Both the position numbers and the translations under genes were made by a program. A DNA stretch of 64,000 bases from Catajapyx aquilonaris. Its lineage: Eukaryota. Shown here in pieces: positions 54,301-64,000 of the stretch (positions are counted from its first letter, which is position 1; every line of letters starts with the position of its first letter). Where the stretch lies: contig KZ538109.1 of NCBI GenBank assembly GCA_000934665.2, forward strand, positions 1 to 64,000, in the 5' to 3' direction. Under the pieces are notes generated by a model. That model saw nothing but the letters and a program-made list of their open reading frames with translations, ran no database searches and had not been told where the DNA came from.

Positions 54301-57045
54301 CCATGATTTTACGACATTCAGTCGGTCTCACGCCGCTGATAATCCTAATCAAAATCATGCAGCCTTGTAAAGTCTTAAGACAATCCCAACCGACCAATAG
54401 ATGGAGCTAGAGTAAACCCCTACCTCTAAAATTAATGCCCCGCCGTTCGGAATTTACGACACGTTAAAAGCATTATCAAATGATTATTTACGGCCTCTCC
54501 TTGTTTTATGGCCGTCAAATGATTGCCTGTGGTAAACATGGCAGAAAAGTTGTGTGCGGGAGGTAGGAAAAAAGGTGAGTAGGTGGTGGGGGTGCCCTCT
54601 GGGTTATTGATGGAAAGTACCGGGTTCTGTTCCACATGACACGGAGGCCTACCTCATTACCTGGCTGCGTGATTTGAAAACTAGTTTTTGTAGGTATAGT
54701 CCGAGACAAAACTTAAGGGGTATCCATAACTGCTGCACACGGTGTTGCAATTCGTAATAAAAACATGCTGGTTGGTAAAAAAAAAAACATTGTACAGACC
54801 ATCTATAACTCTATACATTTCCCAGCAGGCAACTACTGTATGTCTCAATAAGCCTCCAGCTGTGCAACTGCCGGAAATGAACAATGGCGCCTTTCGTAAC
54901 TGGGGCCCGACAAATTGATTGCCCTTTCCACCCCCACCATCCCAGGACCTGGTACGTGTGTGAAAAACAACAAGGTACGCAATAAATATTATGCTCAAGT
55001 CACACAACTGTACTCGAAGTACAGCCTTGAGAAAGATTTTCTTAAAAGGTAGGCAAGTTTTTTTTTTTTTTGGTATGTGTTCAACTCTCTACACCCCGCC
55101 AACCTTACTCATTATGCCCGAGTACATTAATCACATTCCTTTTGACATGCAATACAAATGATATTTTATAGCTCAATAAATCATGCGGGCTGTCAGTGCG
55201 GTGAGAGTTTACAAAAAAATAGTAGGGCATGACTATCCGGCGGCGTAGTACCGGTTGTAACTAGGGGCAGTGGCGACATCTAGCGGTGTGGTAGCCAACT
55301 AGTATGGTACGATTGGTTTTGTTATGCCATCTCTGGTCGTACCATGTCAGGAGAATAAGCGCACTTGGAATAAGCCCACCTGTACCACCATCGAAATGAA
55401 ATGTGGACAAACAACAAGTGGTGACATCCTGTCCACCTTTCCCTCGCTATGTGACAAACCTCCGGACACATCACAAGACGCCGCCACTTTGTTCCATCCC
55501 CGTATTCCACACACACACAAAAAAAACCTACAAGTGACTACATCCATCCTTGTCTTTCATCCTTAAAAAAACAAGCTACCTAAGAGCAACTTGATTTATA
55601 CCCGTTGCCGGACGTGCGGCGCCACTGGAGCATTCGGCCATTTTTGAGTCCCCCCCCCCATCCAAACATTCCGCCATAAAACCCATCCCATGCAATGCAT
55701 CATAATAAACCAGGAGATTGTGTTGGGGACAAGAGGAGCGTTAACGCTAATAAAATCTGATCCATTACCCACGAATGCCGGTAGGCGCCATTTGCCGCTC
55801 TCAAAAAAAACTCTAGCAAGTTTCTTTTTTATCCCACCTCCGCCATGCAATATTTAACGCTCTTCAACTAATGCGGCGTGCTTTACGTGCAAATCGTTCG
55901 CTTCCATCGAGGCGTAAATCATAGCTAATGGTTTTAGGCGGAAGACTTCCACATACACATATGAGACACAACTGTCAACACAACCCTCTCTGAGGTCACC
56001 ATACATAATTCAAAAGTTGCACGTGTCAACCTAACCCCCCTAGCAATCAACCTCTATGGGGACAATGACCAATTCTTTTCATGACCATCCATCCTTCTCG
56101 AAGTTTCCGAACAAAAGGGTAGGGAGAGAATCAACATAATCGACAGAACGAATCCTGCCATGTATATTGATGGCGTAGCTGTTGACAAGATGGACGTCTT
56201 CGGGACAAACGAAACACTGTCCTTCACGGACATGCCGCGGCATGACAGATGAAAATAATGGGGGAACCTGCCGTGTCACAACGATCATTGTCGTTCCCTT
56301 TGATACGCTCATTAATAGTAGCTGCACCATGTGCTTGAAAAATTAGGGTGTAATTACTTATTGCTACAAAATTCGGGGCAAAATGGCTAAGAAATGAGAG
56401 CAGAATTTTTAATGAGGCGATTATTCTTGCTAATTGGGAGGGACTAATGCACGGCAACGGTTAATTAATTTGAGGGATTTGACAAGGGGTTTCCCCTTGT
56501 TATTCGGGACCAGTTGTGCACGACGTTGTCGTACACGGCAACATTTCCGGTGACTAATGTGCAGGAGTTACCTGTTCCGCATGCGATCTTATCCACGTAA
56601 CTTTGCAACCATCAATAAAACCTTCAGGAAACATGTGTCTGAACATACATGTAACTTAGCATGGTTTAGATCTATCATAAACCTGGTACTAAAATATTGT
56701 TCAATACTTTTTGTCATCTTATACTGTACAGTACATCCCATTGTAGTTGGCTAATTCCATGCAAAAGTATACATCAGTGTCAGATTTTAAAATAAATAAT
56801 TTCTATGATATCATGGTCTTTTCTGAAAGCTGAGATTGTGTATTTTATATTTTTGAACATACATTAGACAATAATATTGTCACATGCATTCAAGTTAACG
56901 GCACTGTTTATTTCCAATATGGCGGGTGTGCAAATTTCTTTGTTCTAAGGCTCCATAAAAATCGCCATAATTCAACAAGCTAGTGTTTTTCATGCAATAA
57001 ACTGTGATTTCGATCACATAAGAACTACTGGATTAATCTACTATA

Positions 57046-57607
57046 CAGGGTGTTTATTGTAACTCTGCAAAGACTTTCAGGGGTAATAGAGGGGACCAAG
57101 ACAAGTATTTTTGACATAGGAACCCGTGTCCGGAAACGCCATCTAGAGGGGGTTCATAGACAAGGAACGGGCGCGCTCAGACGCGTCTCGCGAGAGGCGC
57201 TAGGCGAGCGGACTGTTTTGTTGATAGATGGCGCTCGGATAGTAACCAACGATGCGATGTGCCATAACCTGGCAACAGCAGAGCCATCTAGCAACTAAAG
57301 TCCGCCTCCTAGGAGATGCGCGGATAGTCAACAGCGGGTCTTTCGTTGCCAGGTTATGGCATATCGCGTTGTTGTTTACTTACAACGACGCGATACGCCA
57401 TAACCTGGCAACAACTGCGCGCCACCTATCAACAAAACAGTCCGCTCGACTAGCGCCTATCGCGTGACGCGTCTGAGCGCACCCGTTCCTTGTCTATGAA
57501 CCCCCTCTAGATGGCGTTTCCGGACACGGGTTCCTATGTCAAAAATACTTGTCTTGGTCCCCTCTATTACCCCTGAAAGTCTTTGCAGAGTTACAATAAA
57601 CACCCTG
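57046..57607. mobile_element. Non-autonomous Tc1/mariner-type foldback element (MITE), 562 bp
   Basis: 189-bp terminal inverted repeats (57046-57234 and 57419-57607) with 5 mismatches by eye; the outer ~126 bp are identical. Termini are CAGGGTG...CACCCTG with TA on both sides. No ORF. Confidence 0.92.
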
Positions 57608-57781
57608 TATATTTATCTTTCCATTGCAATTACTTATTCAGCATAAAAATTAGCTAGTTTATGTACGATCTTTGTGTGCCGTGTAGGTCACGATTTTTTG
57701 ACATTTTTAAATTTTTTTAGCAAATCTAAAAGTTGATATTAATTACCTTCTCACTACACAGTAGTACCCTTCAAATAGTAA

Positions 57782-58440
57782 TACAGTAAAACAGTGAACT
57801 TCGACTTAGGGAGACTGAAAATGCATTTATATCCAATCGTAAGGCCCTGCCTGCAGTTCGAGTTATAGAAATTCGAGTTAGGGAAGTTTTTTTATTTTTT
57901 TATTTAGCTTTACCCCATTAGAGGGCACAGAGCCCTTTTAGGGAGGGGGAGTGGATTACCACCATTTTTCTTTCGAAATTTTCTTCGCATTTTCCTCTCC
58001 GGTGCAGGGGTCAAGATAGGGATTTGTGAGGGGGAGATACGGATGCAAGTGCGATGTCCGAAATTTGGGGGTCGTGTGCAGTCCCCCAGGGGGTCAGGTT
58101 GCAAGATAACGCCCTAGGTGCGGGTCAGAAACTCCACACAGACACCGCACCTCCTCATGGACAGGACAAGTATAGGAAAGGAAGGAAGCGGCTATGGCCT
58201 ATTTTACGGTACGATCCCGGAATTTTTCCTGGGTCGACCTTGGAAAACCACAGAAAACCAAGGTTAGGACCGCCGGCCGCCGGAACTCGAACCCAGGACC
58301 TTCGATTAGCAGTCGGATACCATATCCACTCCACCACTACTGCTTCGGTGAGTTAGGGAACTTTATTTCCTATTATTTTACATTGTAAACAACCAAGCTC
58401 ATCATTTTCTTCGACTTAGGGAAGTTCGACTTATACTGTA
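57782..58440. mobile_element. Decayed pogo/Tigger-like non-autonomous element that hosts the SINE
   Basis: Outer ends are TACAGT...ACTGTA. The internal motif TTCGA(C/G)TTA(GGG/T)A recurs on both sides of the SINE (about 57800, 57857, 57872, 58410, 58426). Confidence 0.4.
57886..58349 (-). mobile_element. Full-length tRNA-derived SINE (~460 bp) with A-rich tail and 11-bp TSD
   Basis: The minus strand starts ACCGAAGCAGTAGTGGTGGAGTGG (A box) and continues to GGGTTCGAGTTCC (B box). The central GGTTTTCTGTGGTTTTCC..CAGG..CCGGGATCGTACC..AGGCCATAGCCGCTTCCTTTCC resembles a conserved invertebrate SINE domain. It ends in an A-rich tail. The direct repeat GAGTTAGGGAA occurs at 57875-57885 and 58350-58360. 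Confidence 0.85.
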
Positions 58441-59159
58441 ATAATTTTGAGGTAATTTTTGTCGGAACATTGTTATGGCCATTTAATTTTTGTCGTGTAA
58501 GTCACCTTTCCGCTTGGATGCCACTGTCAATATTGTTTCCCGGCTGGTAAAATGGCACTTACAGTAGTGGAATGAAAGAAAAAGCAGAGCAAGAAGGGAA
58601 GTAAGAGCTGGATCCTAGATAAGGCTGGAAGTGGTCTGGCTCTTTAAAAATTTTATAATTTAATGACCTGAGCACGCAAATTAATTAGGTGTGTACAGCG
58701 GTGATTTTCATCACCAAATTCAGAGATGGTATAGCAACATTTCGGTCCACCTGATCTCGAGGAATTTGGATTTTTGACTGCCCTGAATCAAAAGCAAATT
58801 TCAGGCAAAATGTATGGTTAGTATGAGTTATGCGTGACCTACGGAACAGAAAAAATATAGAAATAGCCACGAATTCCTCTGGACAAATATCGTGCTATTT
58901 AGTTTCAAAAAATAGACAAGTTATCATTCGTTGCTGTTACTTTGTTGTACAACAGAAGTTCACTTCTCCGAATCTTTAAATTTAATGACTTTAATGACCT
59001 CTTCTCAATATTAATGACTTGGCCAATAAATAATGACTTTTACGGAAACTAATGGCCCACTTCCAGCCTAGATAAGTGCAATGGTGCATTGGAAAGGCAA
59101 CAAGAAAGGTGGAATTTTTTAAAAAATCGGTGACTTTTAGTGACAGACACGCTTTGAAG

Positions 59160-59385
59160 GTAAAATGTAGAGTTTGAGAAGCCATCAATGCCAGACAGTT
59201 TGACACAAACGCAGCTGGAGAATTTGCAGAAGTTGTCCATAGAGTTTATCCAAATATTAATATTTTATTCATTGAATCAAATGATATTGAATGAAGAATG
59301 GCTATGCTTGATGAAATGTGAACTCATACTAGAAGAGTTGTTAATTTTCCTGACTAAGAAAATCTCATTATTTCAGTACACTTGC
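59160..59385 (+). pseudogene. Decayed transposase-like coding fragment
   Basis: One frame reads VKCRV*EAINARQFDTNAAGEFAEVVHRVYPNINILFIESNDIE*RMAMLDEM*THTRRVV. From memory it resembles the C-terminal part of invertebrate DDD transposase-like proteins (VKRxVWxAVxxRQ...EFAEVA...PNINILY...LDExW), with stops at the Trp positions. Confidence 0.45.
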
Positions 59386-59998
59386 GGTACAGTAGTACAC
59401 CTTGGACATTATGAACTAGAACATTCTCTTATTTCCAATGCTTCCATTTTTGAGTTTTATATTGTTTATTTTTAACTTGACGTTGTACCACAAACTTCCG
59501 GTACTCATACAGCTAATTCATCCCAGACGTGTAATTTGCCTGCAGAATCAAAAATAGTAGTGAATCCACTTTTAGTTTTACAGATAACAAAGCAGATAAC
59601 TGGATTTTGTCACTGACTGCAAATGTAATGGACAGAACTCACTACATGCTTTGTTGGGCAAGTTATACCAATTTACAGACCATTTATACACATATAGACT
59701 ACGTACGTTGTAGTAGCCTACATACACATTCCGCCTTCATGGCAGTTATATCCCATGACAGGGTGACCGTCAGGTTTCACACCTGACCATCTCACATGAC
59801 AATTCAATGAATCCACTGCTGTCTGCTTAGGTACACATATTATACCAGGGTGATTCTCTCGAATGGAATCCCAGACATTCCTCAATAACTTTTTAACTAT
59901 GGTATTGTTCCCGATGAAAATTAACATGTACTTACCTTGTATCATGTCAAACAAGGTCTGACTAAAGAATATACCAAAAGTGGTCCCCTCCAGCATCC

Positions 59999-60105
59999 AA
60001 GAATTTTTAAATCCGAGTCTGCATATTGCCGAAGACTCCTGCAGATTGACGGCGGCGATCGGCAGGAGAATTCGTCAATATGCAGACTCGGATTTAAAAA
60101 ATCTT
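59999..60105. repeat. 107-bp hairpin (44-bp arms, 4 mismatches)
   Basis: AAGAATTTTTAAATCCGAGTCTGCATATTGCCGAAGACTCCTGC and GCAGGAGAATTCGTCAATATGCAGACTCGGATTTAAAAAATCTT, with a 19-nt spacer. Confidence 0.9.
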
Positions 60106-61320
60106 AGAATCCTAGATACATACTGCCTATTTCTGTTTAAACACCCTTCCCTTAAATGCTAAGTTTAAAAAATCAAAAGTTAGGCATAAACTGATGAGTA
60201 TCATATCGTGTCAGTCACGCGTGGAATTAGCCAGCTTTGATAAGGCCTTTGGCAGTCCTAAGTTCAAGCTACCAAGTTTTACAGCACTAAGCCAAGTACT
60301 ATATAGCTTCGAAGTTCACGCATGTCAAGTGCACATGCACTTCTGAAATGGGCACATCGCATTATGCTCTTAATCAGTCAATGCGGAGTTTTCTGGTCCA
60401 CCTTACATTGCGTCCTTATCATTTCTTTGCACAAAATAATTTTCTAATCGGATGACCTCAAATACTGAAAAGCGAATTTACTCTTCAGTTAATGTAACCT
60501 ACGGTAGCACTAATTGCTCCCAGTCTCAAAATAAAGTCAAAAGCGAATTTAAACAAATTCAGTAACATAATCCAATATGAACCAATAGTTCATTTTTGCA
60601 ATGAATTCTTAATACCGTACTCTAATGGCCATAATAATCCCGGACATGCAGTTATTATAAGATTATGTGAATGCTGACCTAAGCAAATATCACTATATCA
60701 GCTGGTGCTACACAACACACCCCCCCCCCCCCNACAGATAAGCAGACATGCTTCACGTCACCTTATCCTGACGACCCTTACAATCAAAGTCAACCCCTTA
60801 GCCATGGTAACTGTTACATTACGATATGCACCGAACATTTGCCAACAAAACTAAATATGCAGATAAGGAATGTATTTGCCAGTGCACGTGCACTTAACGG
60901 CCTCCTCGTACTGTAGATCAGTGCACGTGTACTGATACTATATCTACTCATTCCAAGATCCACGTGGCCCTAGTTGCCTTATATTTTTGCATACAGCTTT
61001 ACAAGCATTTACATGGAAAACTGTAATGTCTCATTGCATATACTGTCAGTACTCAGTACTCACTCTGATATATAGACAATGTCTAACATAAACTCAAAAA
61101 CGTGCAATAAACTAGTGTTCATAACATGCAAATTAGTGTTGCATGAACCCAGTTCTATCATGCAGATGGTCCAAACAATGTAACTGATATTTCAAAAACT
61201 CCCTTATCAAAGTGAATACCACGCACCTGACTAAGCATTAAGCACAAACTGTATCAATTATATCACTGCAAATCATCTAACTGGACAAGTACATGCTTAT
61301 CGCATGCCTAAGTAAGGACA

Positions 61321-61327
61321 TATAAAA
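61321..61327 (+). promoter_or_regulatory. TATA box of the desaturase gene
   Basis: TATAAAA(AGG) lies 56 nt upstream of the ATG, with GATAAG sites on either side. Confidence 0.6.
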
Positions 61328-61376
61328 AGGATAAGATCGCCACAGGTCGGGTCCAATTCGCCAATATTGTGCGACA

Positions 61377-61512
61377 ATGAAGGAGGCTTTAGAGATCACC
61401 TTTCTCGACAAATATTTCTCTACGTTGGATAAGACATGGTCGAAAATACCAAGCATCATTGGCAGCTGTCTGGCCACAATAGCCATATTTATATTCGGGA
61501 TAAGTGTAAGAG
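61377..61512 (+). CDS. Exon 1 of the sterol desaturase-like gene (MKEALEITFLDKYFSTLDKTWSKIPSIIGSCLATIAIFIFGISVR)
   Basis: ATG lies 56 nt downstream of TATAAAA. The frame is open to the donor AG|GTAGGT, and phase 1 matches exon 2, giving ...VR-G-DWLLV. Confidence 0.75.
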
Positions 61513-62923
61513 GTAGGTTAATCAGCACAAATTTACTCCAGGGTAATTTGACGTGAACTTTGACTTCCGTCAGGTGACTGGCTACTAGTGTTGGTTCACT
61601 TCGCTCGATACCTGAAACATGGCACGGTGGACAACGGTACAGTCACGATGGATGGGTCATCTCTACTGTCCCAGTACAAGCTGGACAATCTCGTCTATTA
61701 TGTCATTGGCAGTAACGCCATGGCCTTTGTTATGTACTTCTTCATAGGCGGCTTTGTACATGTAAGTTTGGTTTAAACATATCGAACTTAACAACAAAGT
61801 GTGGCAAGGTGCTTCTTCATCTCCTCTATTTTAGTGGTACTTCTACATCCTGAAGCGAGACAAGGCAGAAGAATGGAAGTGCCAGCCGAAGAAATGGAAC
61901 ACACTCAAGATGGACTTGGAAGCTGTCAAATATGGCGTGGTCACCCTTGCCATCAGTTCCACCTTCTCTGCTTTCGTCACTTGCTACTCTGCCAATGGAG
62001 GCAGCAGGACCACCCTGTACTACAACATCTCTGATTATGGCTGGCTTTACTGGATCATCCAATTCCCGCTTATTTATATGTACACTGTAAGTAAACAGAA
62101 TTCATAAAATTACATGAAACTATTCTCAAAAATATTCAAAGGGGCATTATTGGAGATACAGTATAATGAAATATTTATTTGACAGGATTATTTGATCTAC
62201 TGGCATCACCGAATGCACCACACGCCGTTCTTCTACAAGAACTTCCACAAGCTGCATCACAAGTGGAAGCATCCGACAGCGTTCACTGTGACCGCTGTGC
62301 ATCCAGTGGAGTTCGTCCAGCTTCAGATAATCTCCTTCAGTCCAATGTTCATGGTGCCTTGTCATTACAGTGAGTACATCTGCGTCTCATACTAATAACA
62401 CGAGAATGGGGATGATACCGGGTTGCTAATATCAGTGGCGGCCATGAGATATACCTGGAAGGTTGCCTAAGGTCATGCAGACTCAGTGGGTGCAATGCTA
62501 TCTGATGTTTGGTGCAAATCGAGAAACAAAAATTACATTGTACTTCTCTTCTCAGTACCTCTGTTTGGATGCTTGATATACGGCTACTACCACGCGATCA
62601 TAGACCACTCAGGCATCAACTTTAAGAGCTATTGGTGGCAGCCATGGCAGCCTGACTGTATCTTTCACGACAACCACCACCAGTACTTCCATCTCAATTT
62701 CGGATTCAACATGTCTCTATGGGACAAGCTGCATGGGACGTACAGGAGGAAGGACAGGATATACCGAGAAGACATTTTCTACGGGCATGGGAAGCCTCTG
62801 GAGAACGCTTCTAAGGAAGAGAAGATGATGGACTTGGAAGAAAGGCATGCTGAAAATCCTAAAGCGTACAAGAGCAACCAGAATGAATTTTTGGCAAATA
62901 AAGTCAGCAAAAAGAAGTCTTGA
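61377..62923 (+). CDS. Sterol desaturase / fatty acid hydroxylase superfamily protein (lathosterol oxidase SC5D/ERG3-like), 5 exons: 61377-61512, 61574-61761, 61835-62086, 62186-62369, 62556-62923; 375 aa
   Basis: Exons join in frame over four canonical GT-AG introns (61, 73, 99, 186 nt), 1128 nt in total including the stop. The protein has hydrophobic segments and the di-iron His boxes YWHHRMHH, FHKLHH, YHAIIDHSG and FHDNHH, followed by NFG...WDKLHGT. It ends in KKKS, resembling a KKxx ER-retrieval signal. Orthology to SC5D is not established, so no symbol is given. Confidence 0.93.
61574..61761 (+). CDS. Exon 2 of the sterol desaturase-like gene
   Basis: Acceptor TTCCGTCAG|, donor |GTAAGT. 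Encodes DWLLVLVHF...MYFFIGGFVH. Confidence 0.85.
61835..62086 (+). CDS. Exon 3 of the sterol desaturase-like gene
   Basis: Acceptor CTCTATTTTAG|, donor |GTAAGT. Encodes WYFYILKRDKAEEWKCQP...YGWLYWIIQFPLIYMYT. Confidence 0.9.
62186..62369 (+). CDS. Exon 4 of the sterol desaturase-like gene (His boxes 1-2)
   Basis: Acceptor TTTGACAG|, donor |GTGAGT. Encodes DYLIYWHHRMHHTPFFYKNFHKLHHKWKHPTAF...HPVE. Confidence 0.93.
62556..62923 (+). CDS. Exon 5 (last coding exon) of the sterol desaturase-like gene
   Basis: Acceptor CTTCTCTTCTCAG|. Encodes YHAIIDHSG...FHDNHHQYFHLNFGFNMSLWDKLHGTY...KKKS*. Confidence 0.93.
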
Positions 62924-64000
62924 CTCCACAAATTGCAGATGGCTTTTGTAAATATCAGTTTGTAAATACACGTCAGCTATTAAAATTAAGTTGTTGTCAA
63001 TCAACTGTCCCTTTCAAAAACCCAATTTCAGTTAAAAATCAGTTAGTCGATACATCGACGATACACGCTTCCATAGGGGAATGCGCAGTCCTCAATACTG
63101 TCATGCCCTCTCATATCTCTGCCTCATGAGACTCATCGTTCTGCACTTCAGTTCTTCACAACAACTTCAGGGCAATGCCTCTCACATCTTGAAAAAGAAA
63201 GTCTAGGTTTTTCTGCACATCATAACAACAGGATAAGAGGATTACCTATCAGTACCGTAAAGTGGGACGTTCGACATCTTGATATGATGCCTTATCCATT
63301 CGAGATCATCAACATTGATACAACTTTAAAGGGAGGCTGAAAAGTTGTAAGGCGTTACTTTTTATCCTTCAAATAATTCTGCATACATACATTGAAAATA
63401 ATCACATGTTAATCTAGCAATCAGAAACAATCTGTTGTCTAAAACACAAACGTATAGTACACATTGTCGTAAGTATGCAATGAATTCAATGACAACAATG
63501 CCTTTAGCAACTTTCGACAGTTAAAACTGAGAGACGGAACCAAAAGAAAACAAGACGGATTCAGGATGACCTACATAATTATATGATCCAAAATAATAAA
63601 TATCCTCTGCCACACTTCAAAAAAGTCAACGATGATGCAAGCCCAAAAAGAATCGTTCATTTTCTTTCAATATCAACCTTTCCATCATATTCTAGTGTCG
63701 GTTTTGTTGTTGTGGTTGTTGTTGTTTTTCTTGTAGCTTGACATTATCACCAGTCATGGAGAATCTACGTCGCCTTTCAGGAATTACTCATTTACCCGGT
63801 GCTGCATGCCATTTACTGGCTAAATAATATTAAATACCTGCAATTACGGAAAACAGAAAATGATGACAGGAATGTTGCAAAAACAAAGCCACGTGCACTG
63901 CTGCATCAGGTAATAATATTGTTATCAAAGCATAGTACGTGTCACCCCAATCTACAGTTGAATTTAAACTCAGCACCAGCAGGTGCATCTGTACCAAACT

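Noticed and set aside
59188..59475. 95-aa ORF MPDSLTQTQ...
   Set aside because: It is an alternative frame overlapping the decayed transposase-like frame, with no independent support.

Overview
Eukaryotic, probably invertebrate animal, draft-assembly DNA. The evidence is short GT-AG introns, a tRNA-derived SINE, Tc1/mariner- and pogo-type MITEs, Helitron-like ends, and N gaps next to poly-G/C runs. Only one protein-coding gene is well supported: a 5-exon, + strand, 375-aa sterol desaturase / fatty-acid-hydroxylase-superfamily membrane enzyme (SC5D/ERG3-like, CDS 61377-62923), with a TATA box and a GATA-rich upstream region. The first ~57 kb has no convincing coding exon and reads as a gene desert or giant intron, scattered with non-autonomous transposons, decayed TE fragments and tandem arrays. 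The most notable items are: (i) a CCA-ending tRNA-Lys(CTT)-derived sequence positioned exactly like an LTR primer-binding site; (ii) a ~31-bp array that generates tandem ERSE (CCAAT-N9-CCACG) elements; (iii) a 13-unit array coupling YY1-like and CRE motifs; (iv) a young 562-bp foldback MITE; (v) a full-length SINE with target-site duplication nested in a pogo-like element. I see no evidence of a novel multi-gene system. All family assignments are by eye, not by database search.
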